Origin: Antechinus flavipes
Lineage: Eukaryota
Direction of reading: 5' to 3'
NCBI RefSeq assembly: GCF_016432865.1
Contig: NC_067403.1
Coordinates: forward strand, 258,664,001 to 258,728,000
Length of the DNA stretch: 64,000 nucleotides
The notes beneath the pieces were generated by a model. That model ran no database searches and was not told where the DNA came from. It saw nothing but the letters and a program-made list of their open reading frames with translations. Positions 31,895 through 45,000 of the stretch are shown piece after piece (positions within the stretch are counted from its first letter, which is position 1; the number at the start of each line of letters is the position of its first letter). A program made the translations under genes and the position numbers.

Positions 31895-32848
31895 TCACAA
31901 TGTCATCTCTTGGATGCTGGTGTGGGGCATGTCACTTGTCCCACCTCCCAATTCTTGCTCATCCCCCAGAACCCTCTGGAGGATCACTCTGAGGGGCTCC
32001 CTCTTTCTTTTAAAGCTTTGGCTGCCCAGGAAGAAGTAAATGAGGGGGTTCATGCTGCTGTTCACACAAGCCAATAATTGAAAAAGCCAGTGAGGCAGGA
32101 GCCTTCCCTTGAGGTGATAACATATGAGATCCTCGATCCCCCAGGGTAGGCCACAGAGCAGGAACACGAGGACCGTGAGCAGGACCAGGAGGTAGAGCCT
32201 GGGGGGCTGCCGGCTCTGGGAGCTGCACTGGACCCTCAGCAGCAGAGTCAGGCTGGACACGCACAGGACACAGGTGAGGAGGATGAAACACACACCCTCC
32301 AAGATATTAAAGCGACAGAGAACATGCCAGGATATATGAGAGCAAGTGACAAGCCCATTCACCCAGAGTGATCCGACCAGAGCCCAGAGGACAGCGCAGA
32401 CCGAAGCCGACGTGTGCTTGGGGCGGTGACATCGGTACCAGATGGGGAAGAGCACGGAGAGACAGCGCTCGGTGCTGATCGCCGCCAGGAGGCTCATGCC
32501 CGTAGTGTAGAATAGGTAATTGAGGTTCAACATTATTTCATGCTTGAAAAGATCGTGAAAATATCGAACAAAGTTTTCTATGGAGTCCAGCAAGGAGCAG
32601 CAGAGGAAGAGGGCGTCGGCCCCCGCCAGATTGAGGATGTAGACGGAGAAGGGGGTCCTTCGGATGCGGAAACCCAAGAGCCACAGGACCACGCCGTTCC
32701 CCATCAGCCCAAGGGGGGCAATGAGCAGAGAGGGGATCTGCATCAATTCACTCCCCAAAACGGATCTATTACATCTCACTGCTGCCTTGTCATAAACATG
32801 TTCCACGTGCTCAGGTGTGGGAGACGTAGTCATGGTGGGTGCTCCCAT
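31895..32848 (-). CDS. MRGPR-family GPCR copy 3, 317 aa (the ATG at 32833 may be the real start)
   Basis: YILNLAGAD, STERCLSVLFPIWYRC, LCGLP and NSSMNPLIYFF motifs. The TM4/TM5 Cys pair is present. The second ATG has a CCACC Kozak context. Confidence 0.92.
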   Translation of the reverse strand: MGAPTMTTSPTPEHVEHVYDKAAVRCNRSVLGSELMQIPSLLIAPLGLMGNGVVLWLLGFRIRRTPFSVYILNLAGADALFLCCSLLDSIENFVRYFHDLFKHEIMLNLNYLFYTTGMSLLAAISTERCLSVLFPIWYRCHRPKHTSASVCAVLWALVGSLWVNGLVTCSHISWHVLCRFNILEGVCFILLTCVLCVSSLTLLLRVQCSSQSRQPPRLYLLVLLTVLVFLLCGLPWGIEDLICYHLKGRLLPHWLFQLLACVNSSMNPLIYFFLGSQSFKRKREPLRVILQRVLGDEQELGGGTSDMPHTSIQEMTL

Positions 32849-34325
32849 CCCTTGTTCCTCTCAGAAGCCCTGGGGACACAGAGACAGGGATTGGATCAGG
32901 GACTTTTCTACAGATTTATTCCAATCTCCATCTACAGGAGCTGGAACCTCTTCCCCACTGCCTCTCTCGGGTACCGCTAGGCGGCTCCATACTGCAAAGA
33001 GGTGTCAGAACCTAGAGTTACCAATGAGTTATAATCTAGCTTCGCTCACTTAGCTCATTGAGAACCAGCCCCCTCTAAATTATTCAGGCTGAGGGACATT
33101 GCTAGTGGATGAGACTGTCCAAATCCTCACGTTACAAGCTTTTTCCATCATGGCGGGAGGGGCGGGGAAACTCCCACCCAACTAGAAGCTGTTACAAAGA
33201 CTAACTTCAGTAGGTGTTCTTCTCACCCCATCATTATTCGCGGTTCATTGGCTGAGGAGAGATGGAAGCCTTTGTCCAGATACCTGGAGGCAGCTGAAGC
33301 TCCTCATGCCCTCAGCAGGTGGGGATAAAAGCTCTCAGCCCAGTTCCTGGTGATTGTTGACCAATCAGAGTTGATTTCCACCCTCAGTCACCCCCTTTTT
33401 GCCAAGATTTTTTCAGCATTCAGTGCTCTTCACGTGGCATCTTTGACTTCCAGACAGCCTCTGACCTCAATCTATGATTTATTAGCTGTAGTTAATAAAT
33501 TAATTATTAATTACCCAGAAATTATATCTCCAGGATTTTTCATCAGTAACCCTAGATGTCACTTAATATCCCTCAGGCTTCTTAACTACAAAATGAGGCT
33601 AATAACAGCACCCAGGGTTTTTCAGAAGATCAAATGAAGCACTTATAAATTCTTGAACATATAGTAAGCCCTTAGAATTGGCTTCATTATCCCCATTTCA
33701 TCCTTTCTCTTGCCATGATTTGACAGTGAGATAGAGAAGTGAGTCTTCTCTATGGGAGTACACTTGTCTTTTCTTCTCTGATCACATGCCATCTTACCCT
33801 TTGTTTCCCTATCTCTTCTGCTCTTTTTTTTTTTTTAATATATGGGGGTTTGGCTTCCTTCTACAACCTGTGTGGACAGGCCTAAGGAGGGGCTTTAATA
33901 AAGTACCATTGGCTCAGAGCTCCACCTCAGTCTCTTTTATGATAGGCTGGACAAATTTAATCCCCACATCAGCACAACTCACCATAATATGAACTGAATC
34001 CAACAGTATACTCAGTAGACTATATTTCACACCCACAGTCACACATTTCTAGAAAAGAGGGAAGGAAATGCAATAATCTCTTCCCTGATTTTCTATGCCA
34101 AACCAATAAACAATTCCTCAATACTTAGAGTTTTAAGAAACTGGGTCAGAATAATTCTCGCCACTAGGCTTGGTGCTGGGAATGCAAAGATCCTGAAACT
34201 GTCCCTACCCTGAAGAAGCCAATATCCAACTGAGAGTAGGCAAAGGGGAGCATGATGCAGCCCCAGGTTCTTACCTCATGCCAGACTAACCCAGAACCTG
34301 GCTAGCTGAAGATGGCTGAACTATT

Positions 34326-34472
34326 CTTTTTTTTTTCCTTAGGCAATTGGGGTTAAGTGATTTGCCAAGGATCACATAGCTAGGAAATATTAAGTATCTG
34401 AGGCTAGATTTGAACTCAGCTCCTCCTGACTTAAAAGTTGGTGCTCTATCCACTGTCCTATCTAGCTGTCCT
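34326..34472 (-). mobile_element. Short marsupial SINE with TSD
   Basis: Poly-T start. TSD agatgg(c/t)t(g/a)aactatt at 34310-34325 and 34473-34488. Confidence 0.8.
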
Positions 34473-35779
34473 AGATGGTTAAACTATTGATTGTTATGGC
34501 TTCACTTTTTCTCAATTGATAAATGATGTGCAATAGGATCAAAAGTCTACAAAAGGGTCCATATTAGGAAGAGGAGAAAATCAGAGAGCTATAGGGTCCA
34601 TTCATCATGAGCTAGAACCTAGTCCTGGAGGACTGGAAACAAGAATTTCATACTCTCAGGTTGTAGGGGCTTTAGAAGCATTCAAACAAAACTTTCTTTC
34701 TCTTGGGGGACTATATTACAAAGTGTCTGAAATTTGGGAGCTGCTCTCTCCCGTCAAGGAGAAAAGAAAACATCAAAACATCAGCAGAATCTTTTGTGGC
34801 TCCCTATTTCCCAGACTGAATTGTTTTTGCAGTTAGACACATTGAAAGGATCAATGGAAATGTAAAAAGAAAGGATTAAACTCACAGTTAAATCTTCAGT
34901 AGATCCAATGATGACAAAGAGTTAGAAGGAAAGGCCCCAGATTGAGAACTTCCCTATTTCTTCTCGGTTCCTGATGTCTCCTGCACCTGCTGCTGCTGCT
35001 CCCACTTGCTCTTTTCAGGAATTTCCTGGTCAGACACTGGGGCATGAGGGAGGGAAAGGAGCAGGAATCAGAGCAGTTCCTCTCTTACCCTTATAATCCC
35101 CTCCCACTTCTAATTATACAGGGCTAGCCAAAAAGACTTTCTATTTGCTTTCAGACACCAAGGGTGGGGATTTCACAAACACTGACCTCAGGAAATGGAC
35201 TCCCCAAAGATTTCAAGTCCAGATAAAGCTTCCTAAATGATGTTTCTCAGGTAAAGACTTTCATTCTCTCTAAACATCAACCTTTACACAAGAGCATTAG
35301 AGAAATTACTGTTAGATTGCTATAGCCTATTATCCCCAATTCACTAGTCTATCTCATTATCCTTGCATAATTATCACTTATGGCTCTAGCAGCTTAAGGA
35401 AGAAATATTCCCTCTGGACTACCTGGTTCATCAGTTTCCTTTCTAGCTCTCACAGAACATTTCTGAAAGAGAAATTGGGTATTCTCTTGTTGCCCCAGCT
35501 TTCCATAGAAATCCAAGAGCCTCAGATTTCCCGTCTACAGATGGGTAATGGAGTGAGTCTTGAACTGGGAGGTCTAGATTTTAATATTCCAATAAGTAAA
35601 AAAGGATATACAATTATGAAGACACACACATATATATATTCATATATGTTTTATTCATTTGCAAAATGTATAGTATAATATACATATAAAACATACAGTA
35701 ACAATAAACATATATATATAAATGCACACATATACGCACACAATATAATATACATATTCTTACTCACTGATATACGTAA

Positions 35780-36002
35780 ACATATTTCTGCCAGAAAGAG
35801 GAGGGGAGAGAGAGGGGATAGAGAGAGCGGGGAGAGAAAAAGAAGGGGAGAGAGAGAGGGCGTCTCATATATACAGAGAGATGAAAAGAGTCACAGAGAG
35901 AGACATAGACACACAGCCAGACTGAGTGACAAAGACAGAGACAGAGAGACAGAAACAGAAATACATAGACACAAGCACAGAGACAGATTCAGAGAGAGAG
36001 GA
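35780..36002. repeat. GA-rich low-complexity tract
   Basis: Degenerate (GA)n/(GACA)n. Confidence 0.8.
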
Positions 36003-36349
36003 AAAGGCAAGAATAAGCACTGATACTGTGCTTACTGTATGTTAGTCACTGTACTCAAGATCTTACAAATAATATTCCATTTGATCTTTATCATAGCCTT
36101 GTGAAGTAGATGCTATCATTATCACTATTTTATAACTGAATAAATTGAGCCAGTAAGTTTTAATGATTCACATCACTAGGATCTGTGATTGGACCTTTTT
36201 GACCCAGTGCTCTATCCACCATACTGGTTTCTTAGATAGATAGTTAAAGAGAGAGAGAACCATAGAATTAGAATATATCATTTCAAGAAATAATGAGACA
36301 AAGAAATAGATACTCTTTACTTCCTCCCTAGAACATAAATGAGTCCCAT

Positions 36350-37100
36350 TTGCTTTAATAAAATGCCTTCGTGTGAATTATCCCCAAAGAATTATTAAAC
36401 TTCTTATACCCCTTGACCCAACAATGCCACTACTTGATTTATTTCCAAAGATGATTCAGAAAAAAATGAAAAGAACCTCCATGTTTTAAAATTTTTAGAG
36501 CATGTCTTTTTGGGATGGCAAGGAACTGGAATTCCTAAGGATGCTCATCAGTTGGAGAATGGTTGAACACATTGTGATATATAATTTCAATGAAATACTA
36601 TTGTGCTATAAGAAATGATGATTCCATGCTTTTAAAAACATGAATAGAAGAACAAAATAATGAAGCGTGAAATAAGCAGAAACAAGAAGATACTGTGTAC
36701 AGTAACAAGAATTTTGTTTTAAGAATGATTTTGAGTGAATTAATTATTTGGGCTATTATAAGTACCCATATTAATTATAAAGAGCAAAAGAAGAAAGAAA
36801 GGTACTCTCTGTATCCAGAGAAAGAACTGATAAATAGAAGTATGTATAGAATAATTTTGCATATATGTGTGTATGTGTGTGCGTGTACATGCACATACAT
36901 CTATTTGTGTCTACTGGTAGCCATCTCTAGGATGAAGAGAGAGGAAAGGAAAAAAAATACAAAATAGTTATATTGCATATTTGAAAGGAATAACAAATTG
37001 TACATAGCAGATTTGCAACTTCATGTATGATTCTCTTTTTTATTGTATTATGTTATGAGATTCTTGTTTTATTACATAAATTAAAGTGAAAATGAACAAA
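36350..37100 (+). mobile_element. Old L1 ORF2 C-terminus / 3' UTR
   Basis: cttataccc-ttgaccca, tactattgtgctataagaaatgatga and similar L1 3' hallmarks. Confidence 0.75.
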
Positions 37101-37379
37101 AATCCAATAAAATGCCTTGGCTGTCCTCAAAGCTCTACTCATGTGTCACCTATTAATTTTTTCAGTTAGTCTCTCCTTGCCCCCTCAAAGCACAACCTTT
37201 ATTTTTATTTTTTGTTACTCTGGATTTATTATCTGTGGTAAGATTGAATCCCCTATTTATCTTGTAAATACCTTATTAGAGAAGGTTCTTTTACATTTGT
37301 ATATGTAGACCAGCATAGAGCAGTGATCAACACAAATAAATGCCTATTGATTGAATGGTAACCTCAAGAGAACCTTTTT

Positions 37380-37852
37380 TAAAAAATTATTTATTTTATA
37401 ATAACTTTTTATTGACAGAACCATGCCAGGGTAATTTTTTACAATATTATCCCTTGCACTCACTTCTGTTCCGATTTTTCTCCTCCCTCCCTTCACCCAC
37501 TCCCCTATATAGCAAGCAGTCCCATATATGTTAAATATGTTGCAGTATATCCTAGATACAATATATGTATGCAGAACTGAACAGTTCTCTTGTTGCACAG
37601 GGAGAATTGGATCCAGAAGGTAAAAATAACCCGGGAAGAAAAACAAAAATGCAAATAGTTTACATGCATTTCCCAGTGTTCTTTCTTTGGGTGTAGCTAT
37701 TTCTGTCCATCATCGATCAATTGAAATTGAGTTAGGTCTCTTTGTCAAAGAAATCCACTTCCATCAGAATACATCTTCATATAGTATCGTTGTTGAAGTA
37801 TATAATGATCTCCTGGTTCTGCTCATTTCACTTAGCATCAGTTCATGTAAGT
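37380..37852 (-). mobile_element. Young 5'-truncated L1 3' end
   Basis: 14-bp TSD aagagaaccttttt at 37366-37379 and 37853-37866. Same subfamily as 48948-49741. Confidence 0.9.
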
Positions 37853-37979
37853 AAGAGAACCTTTTTGATTTATTTTTAGTAGGTGTAATAGTATTTCAAG
37901 AAGATAGGGAATTTAGCAATCAGTTTGGCCAGAGGCACTTAACTTTATTTGACATAAGAACTCCTTTGCCAGTCTGACC

Positions 37980-39540
37980 AAACCATGGTATCTAATCTAT
38001 TCTACTGATCTACCACTCTATTTCTTAGCCAGTATCAAATGATTTTGATAAGTGCTGCTTTATAATATAATTTTAGGCTTGGCACTGCTAAGCCCCAATA
38101 TTTCATTTTGTCTATAATAATGTTAAATGAAATTTCTTTTTCTCTCTTGCTGATGGGCTTTCTCATTAATATAGAGAAATGCTGATGATTTGTGCGGATT
38201 TATTTTATATCCTGCAATTTTGCTAAAGCTGTTAATTGTTTCCAATATGTTCCTAGAGAATCATCTAGGATTGTTTAAATATATCATGTCATCTTCAAAG
38301 AGTGATAATTGTATTTCTTATTTGTCTATTCTAATTCCTTTCATTTCTTTTTCTTTTCTTATTGCTGAAGCCAACATTTCCAGAATTACGTTGAATAGTA
38401 GCAGTGATAATGGACATCCTTGCTTCACTCCTAATCTTATTGGGAATGCGTCCAGCTTCTCTCCATCACAAATAATGCTTGCTATTGGTTTTAGATAGAT
38501 ACTGCTTATTATTTTAAGAAAAGCTCCCTTTATCCCTCTGCTCTCTAATGTTTTTAATAGGAATAAGTGCTGTATTTTGTCAAAAGTTTTTTTTGCATCT
38601 GTTGAGATTATAATGTGATTTCTATTGGTTTTGCTATTTGTATGATCAATTAGAGTAATTGTTTTCCTGACATTGAACTAGCTCTGCATTCTTCATATAA
38701 ATCCCTCTTGGTCATACTTTTTCTGCCTTTCTACATTTGATTGTGAAGATTTTAATGCCATTACACATAGTCGGTTTTTGTGTGGTGCCATGTACTGCTG
38801 AGATAAAAATGTATTCCTTTGTGTCCCTATTTAATTTTCTAAAGAAGTCTATCATATCATATCATAGATTTTCTAGGATTCTATTAACCTCCTAGTTTCT
38901 TTCTTGTTTATTTTGTCATTAGATTTATCTGATTCTGAGAGGGGAAGTTTGAGGTCCTCCACTAATATAGTTTTGCTATATATTTCTTCCTGTAATTGAC
39001 TTAATATATACCATTTGGTAGATATTACTTCTTTGTTAGGGTACCTTTTATCAAGATGTACTTTCCTTCCTTATGTCTTCTAATTAGATCTATTTTTGCT
39101 TTTGCTTTATCTGAGATCAGAATTGCTACCCATACCTTTTTTTAATCTAGTAAAGATTGTGGTGAGTTTAATCTTTTCTTTTTTCCATGCTAGTGATTTA
39201 CTTTTTTCCTTTCCTTTTTCTAATAAAATTAATCGAAAGTTTATCTATTCTGTTGTTTTTTCATAAAACCAATTCTTAGTTTTATTAATTAGTTCAACAG
39301 TTTTCTTAGTTTCAATTTTACTAATCTCTTCTTTGAGTCTCAGAATTTTCATTTATTTTTTACTTCAGCTGAAGCATAACAAATTCTGTTCCTGCCTTTT
39401 ACCTTTACTCTGTGTCTCTCTGTGTCAAATATGTTTCTTGTAAACAACATATTGTAGGATTCTGTTTTTTAATTCATTCTGCCATTTGTTTCCATTTTAT
39501 GGAAGAATTCATCCCATTCATATTAACAGTTAATGTATAT
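37980..39540 (-). mobile_element. Degraded L1 ORF2 fragments
   Basis: Antisense L1 RT and endonuclease sequence. The + ORF at 38190-38498 is the usual antisense frame. Confidence 0.8.
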
Positions 39541-39559
39541 ATTTGTATATAACGTATAT

Positions 39560-40440
39560 ATGTATATATCTACATATGTATACATATCTTGACTATTGCC
39601 ATGCCTTGACTATTGGGGATGGGGGGAATGAAAGGGAAAAAAATAGTGTAGAAAAGGTGCACAGAAGAGAACAAAAGAAAACAATTTACAAGGAAGTAAG
39701 AAAAAATGGACATCACATTTCTTCTACTAATATATATGTGTGTGTGTATCTATATCTATATTTATTTCTATATACTTTCTTGAATTGGTATTTTGTTGTT
39801 ATACATGTTGAATCCTCCTTGATGTCCTGCTGGAGACATATCAATGGAAATTATCTGACTCAAATTCACCTGATTCAAAAAAGGCAAGGATAGCAATCAT
39901 GATCTCAGAGGCAGCTAAGAATAAAATAGATATAATTAAAAGAGATAAACAAGATAACAGTATTTTGATAAAAGATAACATTAACATTGAGGAAATATAA
40001 ATTCTGAATTATATGCCCCATATACAATAGCATCTACATTTTGAAACATATGAAAATATGAGAATTGAAATGAAAGTCTGAGAATTCTTTTCAGATCACA
40101 ATGCAATGAAATTATATTTAATGAGGGACCACAAAAACAGCTTAAAAACTCATTGAATAATAACTTAATTTTAATATTGAGTGAGTTAAAGAAACAATAA
40201 TTTCACTAAAGAAAGTGCCATTAATGAACTATGCCAAAATCTATAGGATGCAGTAAAAACAAAAATGAAAGGAAAATGTATCTCTCTCAAATACACCAGT
40301 AATACAGAGAAAAATAGACCAGTATATTAGTTATGCAGTTTAAAAAACTAGAGAAAGTACAAATAAAAAAATCCCCAATTAAACACTAAATTGGAAATCC
40401 TAAAAATTAAAGATCAGATCAATTGTGTTGATTATTTTTT
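39560..40440 (+). mobile_element. Degraded L1 inter-ORF / endonuclease fragment
   Basis: Recognisable aaaagagataaacaag..attttgataaaag, ttcagatcacaatgcaat and ctataggatgcagtaaaa segments. Confidence 0.7.
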
Positions 40441-41178
40441 TAAAATCCCACTGAATCAATAAATAAAACCAGTTGATTTTAAGGGGAAAATATCCCCTCT
40501 GGTCCACGTGGTTCATCAATTTCTATTCTCTCACAGAACTTTTCTGAAGGAGAAATTGTGTATTATCTTATTGTCTCAGTTTTCAGAGATCCAAGAGCAT
40601 CAGATTTCCCTAGAGTACGACTGGAAGTGAGGCTTGGACTGGCAAGAACCCCGAACCTTCAGGTACTAATAAGGAAAAAAGTATCTACACTTATGAAGAC
40701 ACACATGCACACACTCATATACATGTATGTCTTCATTCACAAAATATACACATATAAAATACATGTACGTTTAGGAACATATACAAATGCACACATATAA
40801 TCATTCAATTTAATATACATGTGTATACCCACTTATGTGCACACACATAATTCTCTTTATGTCAGACATACTTTACCTAAGTTCATGCATATAATTTTGT
40901 TAAACATTTCTCATTCACAATTTAATCTGGGTTGGTGCACACAACTGAATCTAGGGGCTTATGTGCAGTTCTTCTATACATATTAAATCAATTTTCTAGG
41001 CACTAATATAAGGGATGTAAGGGGAAATCCTGGTTTCCCTCTTAGGGAGGTTGGAAAGGGGCTGAAGCTGGGACTGGGCAGAAGGCTCATTTCGGGCACT
41101 GTGACCCAGCTTCTTCTTCTTCGCCTCAGAATTAAGTTCTCGAGTTATTGGTGAGTAGGGTGCCCCTCATCCCACTCC

Positions 41179-42090
41179 CTATTCTTGCTCTTCCCCCAGA
41201 GCCCTTTGGAGGACTAGCCTGAGGGGCTCCCTCCTTTTACGCTTTTGGCTGCCCAGGAAGAAGTAAATGAAGGGATTCGCGCTGCTGTTCACACAGGCTA
41301 GTAGTGAAGAGAGCCATTGAGGCATGGACTTTAATTGGAAGCGATTATTTAAGAAATCCCCAATCCCCATGGGCAGGCCGCAGAGCAGAAACACGAGGAC
41401 AGTGAGCAGGACCAGGAGGTAGAGCCTGGGGGGCTGCCGGCGCTGGGAGCTGCACTGGACCCTCAGCAGCAGAGTCAGGCTGGACACGCACAGCACTGGG
41501 GTGAAGAGGAGGAACCATAGGAACCGGATGATGACGAAGTGGGGACAGAAATGGGGAGCAAACTTAAAAAAACATAGGACAAAATTTGTAACCGCGGGCA
41601 GGGTGATCAGAACCCAGAGCCCAGCGCAGACCACAGCAGACGTGTGCTTGGGGCGGTGACATCGGTACCAGATGGGGAAGAGCGCGGAGAGACAGCGCTC
41701 GGTGCTGATCGCGGCCAGGAGGCTCAGGCCCACAGTGTAGGAGATGTATCTGAGGCAAAGCGTTGCCATAAAGACGAAAGAGGAATAAAGAAATCTAACA
41801 GTTTTATTTATGAAAATCAGAAAGGAGCAGCAGAGGAAGAGGGCGTCGGCTCCCGCCAGGTTGAGGATGTAGACGGAGAAGGGGGTCCTCTGGATTCGGA
41901 AGCCCAGGAGCCACAGGACCACGCCGTTCCCCAGCAGCCCAAGCGCGTCAATGAGCAGAGAGGAGATCCGTATGCACTTACCGAAGTCAAATCCTCCAGG
42001 TGCTCCAGGAACTAAAGTCCCATTTGCACTTCTCTCCGTTGTGTTGTCAGAAACATATCCCAGCTGCTCAGATGTGGAGGACATAGCCAT
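41179..42090 (-). CDS. MRGPR-family GPCR copy 4, ~303 aa from MAMSSTS, with a short C-tail
   Basis: All 7 TMs and motifs present (STERCLSALFPIWYRC, LCGLP, NSSANPFIYFF). The ATG at 42090 has CCACC context and aligns with the paralog starts. The ORF track extension to 42282 starts at a TTG and runs through the splice-acceptor pyrimidine tract. Stop follows EEQE. Confidence 0.88.
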   Translation of the reverse strand: MAMSSTSEQLGYVSDNTTERSANGTLVPGAPGGFDFGKCIRISSLLIDALGLLGNGVVLWLLGFRIQRTPFSVYILNLAGADALFLCCSFLIFINKTVRFLYSSFVFMATLCLRYISYTVGLSLLAAISTERCLSALFPIWYRCHRPKHTSAVVCAGLWVLITLPAVTNFVLCFFKFAPHFCPHFVIIRFLWFLLFTPVLCVSSLTLLLRVQCSSQRRQPPRLYLLVLLTVLVFLLCGLPMGIGDFLNNRFQLKSMPQWLSSLLACVNSSANPFIYFFLGSQKRKRREPLRLVLQRALGEEQE

Positions 42091-45000
42091 GGTGGGTGGT
42101 CCAGCCTCAGGAAGCTTTTCTCCTTTCAGACGCCCTGGGAACACGAAGACATAGGAGGGAATCAGGGATTTTTCTCCAGATTTAGTCGTATTCCTATTTT
42201 CAAGAGTTAAAACCTCTTCTTCCCCACTCCCTATCTCTAGGTTGCAGTTAGGTGGCTCCACAGTGTGCAGAAGTTTGAGCATAGAGTTAAGACTTGAATC
42301 AAAAACCTAGTCTCAGACACTAGTGAAAGGAGTAATTCACTAACATTAATAACAATTCATTTACGATTAAGACTTTTCCTTCTGATTTCCTCATTCAGAA
42401 ACCAATTTCCGAAGGACATCAGGATGAGATTATCCAAATCCTCAAGGTACCTGCTTTTCCATCATGAGTGGGACTCCAAACCAACCAGAAGATGTTACAA
42501 AGAGAATCTTATATAGGTGTTATTCATTACCCCCCAAATTCTCCCCCCACGTGGTTTATTGTTCATTGACTGGGTAGAGATGAATGCTTTAGTCCAGATA
42601 TCTGGACCCAACCCAAGCTCATCATGCTCTCCCTAGGTGCAGCTGAATGTTTTCAATTCACCTTTTTGATTGTTAACCAATCAGAGTTGATTTTCACCCT
42701 CAGTAACATACTCTTTTCCAAAGACTTTTTAAGTTTTCAATGTTCTCCAGGGTACATCTTTGGCTTCCAGTCGGGACATTGACCTCAATCCATTATTTGC
42801 AAGCCATAATTAATAAATTTATTAATTATCCAGAAATTATGTCTCTGAAACTTTTCATTCATCACATAAAACGTGTGACCCCAGACAAAATGTAAGGAAT
42901 TCAGCATAGGTTATACATGTATAGTTTTGTAAAATATTTTCATAAAAATCATATTGGGAAAGAAAAAAACAGACCAAAAAAAACATCTCAAGAGAAATAA
43001 ACTTTTAAAAAGTATGCTTCAAACTGTATCCAGACACTATCAGCTCTTTCTCTAGGTGTGGATACAATTTTTCCTAAGTCCTTCAGAGTTGTCTTGGATC
43101 ATTGAATTATTGAGTTATGTCATTCACAGCTTACAATATCTTACAATATTGTTGATAAAATGTACACAATGCTTTTCACATTGTAGTAAGTCATGGAAGT
43201 CTTTCCAGGTTTTTCTGAGAATATCCTGCTCATTCTTTCTCATAGCACAATAGTATTCCATCATAATTACATACTACAATTTACTCAGCCGTTCCTTAAT
43301 TTATAGTTATCTCCTCAATTTCCAATTATTTGCCCCCCCAAGAGAGATACTAAAATATTTTGTACATATAGGTCATTATCCTTTTTTAAAAATCTCTTTT
43401 GATATACAAATTTTGTATTGTTAGTAAGTTAGATTTTTTAAAATAAGATTCTAAAAGCTTAGGAAACAGAAGAATTCTCTTGGACTAACAGCATGATCCC
43501 ACTTATGTGATGTTCATAAATTCTATATTTAATAGAATTAAACATGATATATTTGATAGAATTAAATATAATATATTTAATAGAATGTTAATTCTATTAA
43601 CTTCAAAATTGCCTAGAGAAAAATTAGGAGAAGTTCAGGGCTGATTTAATGTTGAGTCTTGTTATATGTTGTATCTGTATCTGTTTTCTAAATGAAGAAC
43701 TAAGTTTAAGAAGGTTAGATTCTTTATTTCAGATAGAAAAGGACCTTATGTGATTAGAAAATCTTTAAGAGAATCGGAAATAAATGTCTGTTTTATTTGC
43801 TTTGTTTGTGGTTTGGGCTAACTAATAGGTGTTTTATTTATGCCTTTTCTTTTGATGTGATCAATCAAAAGAAACATGTTACAAAAAATACACTTTCAAA
43901 AAGAGGACAAATCTCTTTTCCCTCCCTCCATTTCCAATACTGGCCATGTTGGAGATTGCTGAGATAAAAGAAGGATATTGAAAACTAATATGCCAAAAAA
44001 AAGATTAGAAACCAAATTTGTGACAAAGTATTAATCAGTTTTTTCTTTTAGTTTAATTCATTTATTGATAGAGAAAAGATTATCACTTTCCTCTAATTTA
44101 ACTAGTCATATTAAAGGATGAGCAATTTAGAAAATTTAAAAGAATTGGTTTGGTTCTTTGGATAACTCCAAGAAACAAAGTAGTAATGGAAAATTGGGAA
44201 TATCACCATTTTTAAAAAAATATAAGCCAACTAAAAATTATAAAATCTTGTCCAAAATAAGGTTTAGTTATTGCTAAATTTTTAGTTATTAGAATTTTAA
44301 AATATTGTAATTGTAGCAAATTAGAGAATCTAATCCATCCCTGTATGTAAAAAGGAAATAATAAATATTTATAACTATCTCTCAGGAAGAAGATTTGAAG
44401 ATCTCTTCATTAGATGAGACCATAGACCCCTTAAAAAAGTGTCATTGCCTCAGAGTTTTGCTTCAGTTTCTTTTATTGTAGGCTGGACAATTTTAACCCC
44501 CACATCAGCACAACTAAGCATCATATGAACTAAATCCAATAGTATACTCAGTGTTCCACAACCATAGTCACCCAAATCTAGGAAGGAGGGAAAGAAATAA
44601 TTCCTTTAATGGTTTTCTGCACCAAACTGCAATAAATACTTGCTCAATACTTACTGTTTTGAGATACGGGGTTTGGAATGATTTTCACCACTAGGTTTGG
44701 AACACAGACAATGAAACTGTCCCTACTCTGAAGTAGCTGATATCCTACTGAGAGTAGGCAGAAGGGAGCAGAGTGCAGCACCAGAAGCTCACCTCATGCC
44801 AAACCAGATAATTGTCCAGCACAGAACACCACTGACTGCAAATATCTAGATTTTGATTTCTATAGCTTCAGCTTTTCTTAATTGGTAAATGATGTGCTTT
44901 AGGGACAAATATCGGTGAAACAGTGGGTCTGTGAATCTAGCCTGAGAATAGGAGAAAAGCAAGGAGATATTGGATATACTCACCCTGAACCAGAGTCTGG

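Noticed and set aside
42091-42282. 64-aa N-terminal extension of MRGPR copy 4 in the ORF track
   Set aside because: It starts at a TTG and crosses the pyrimidine tract/AG acceptor shared by all copies. The equivalent sequence has an in-frame stop in copies 1-3.
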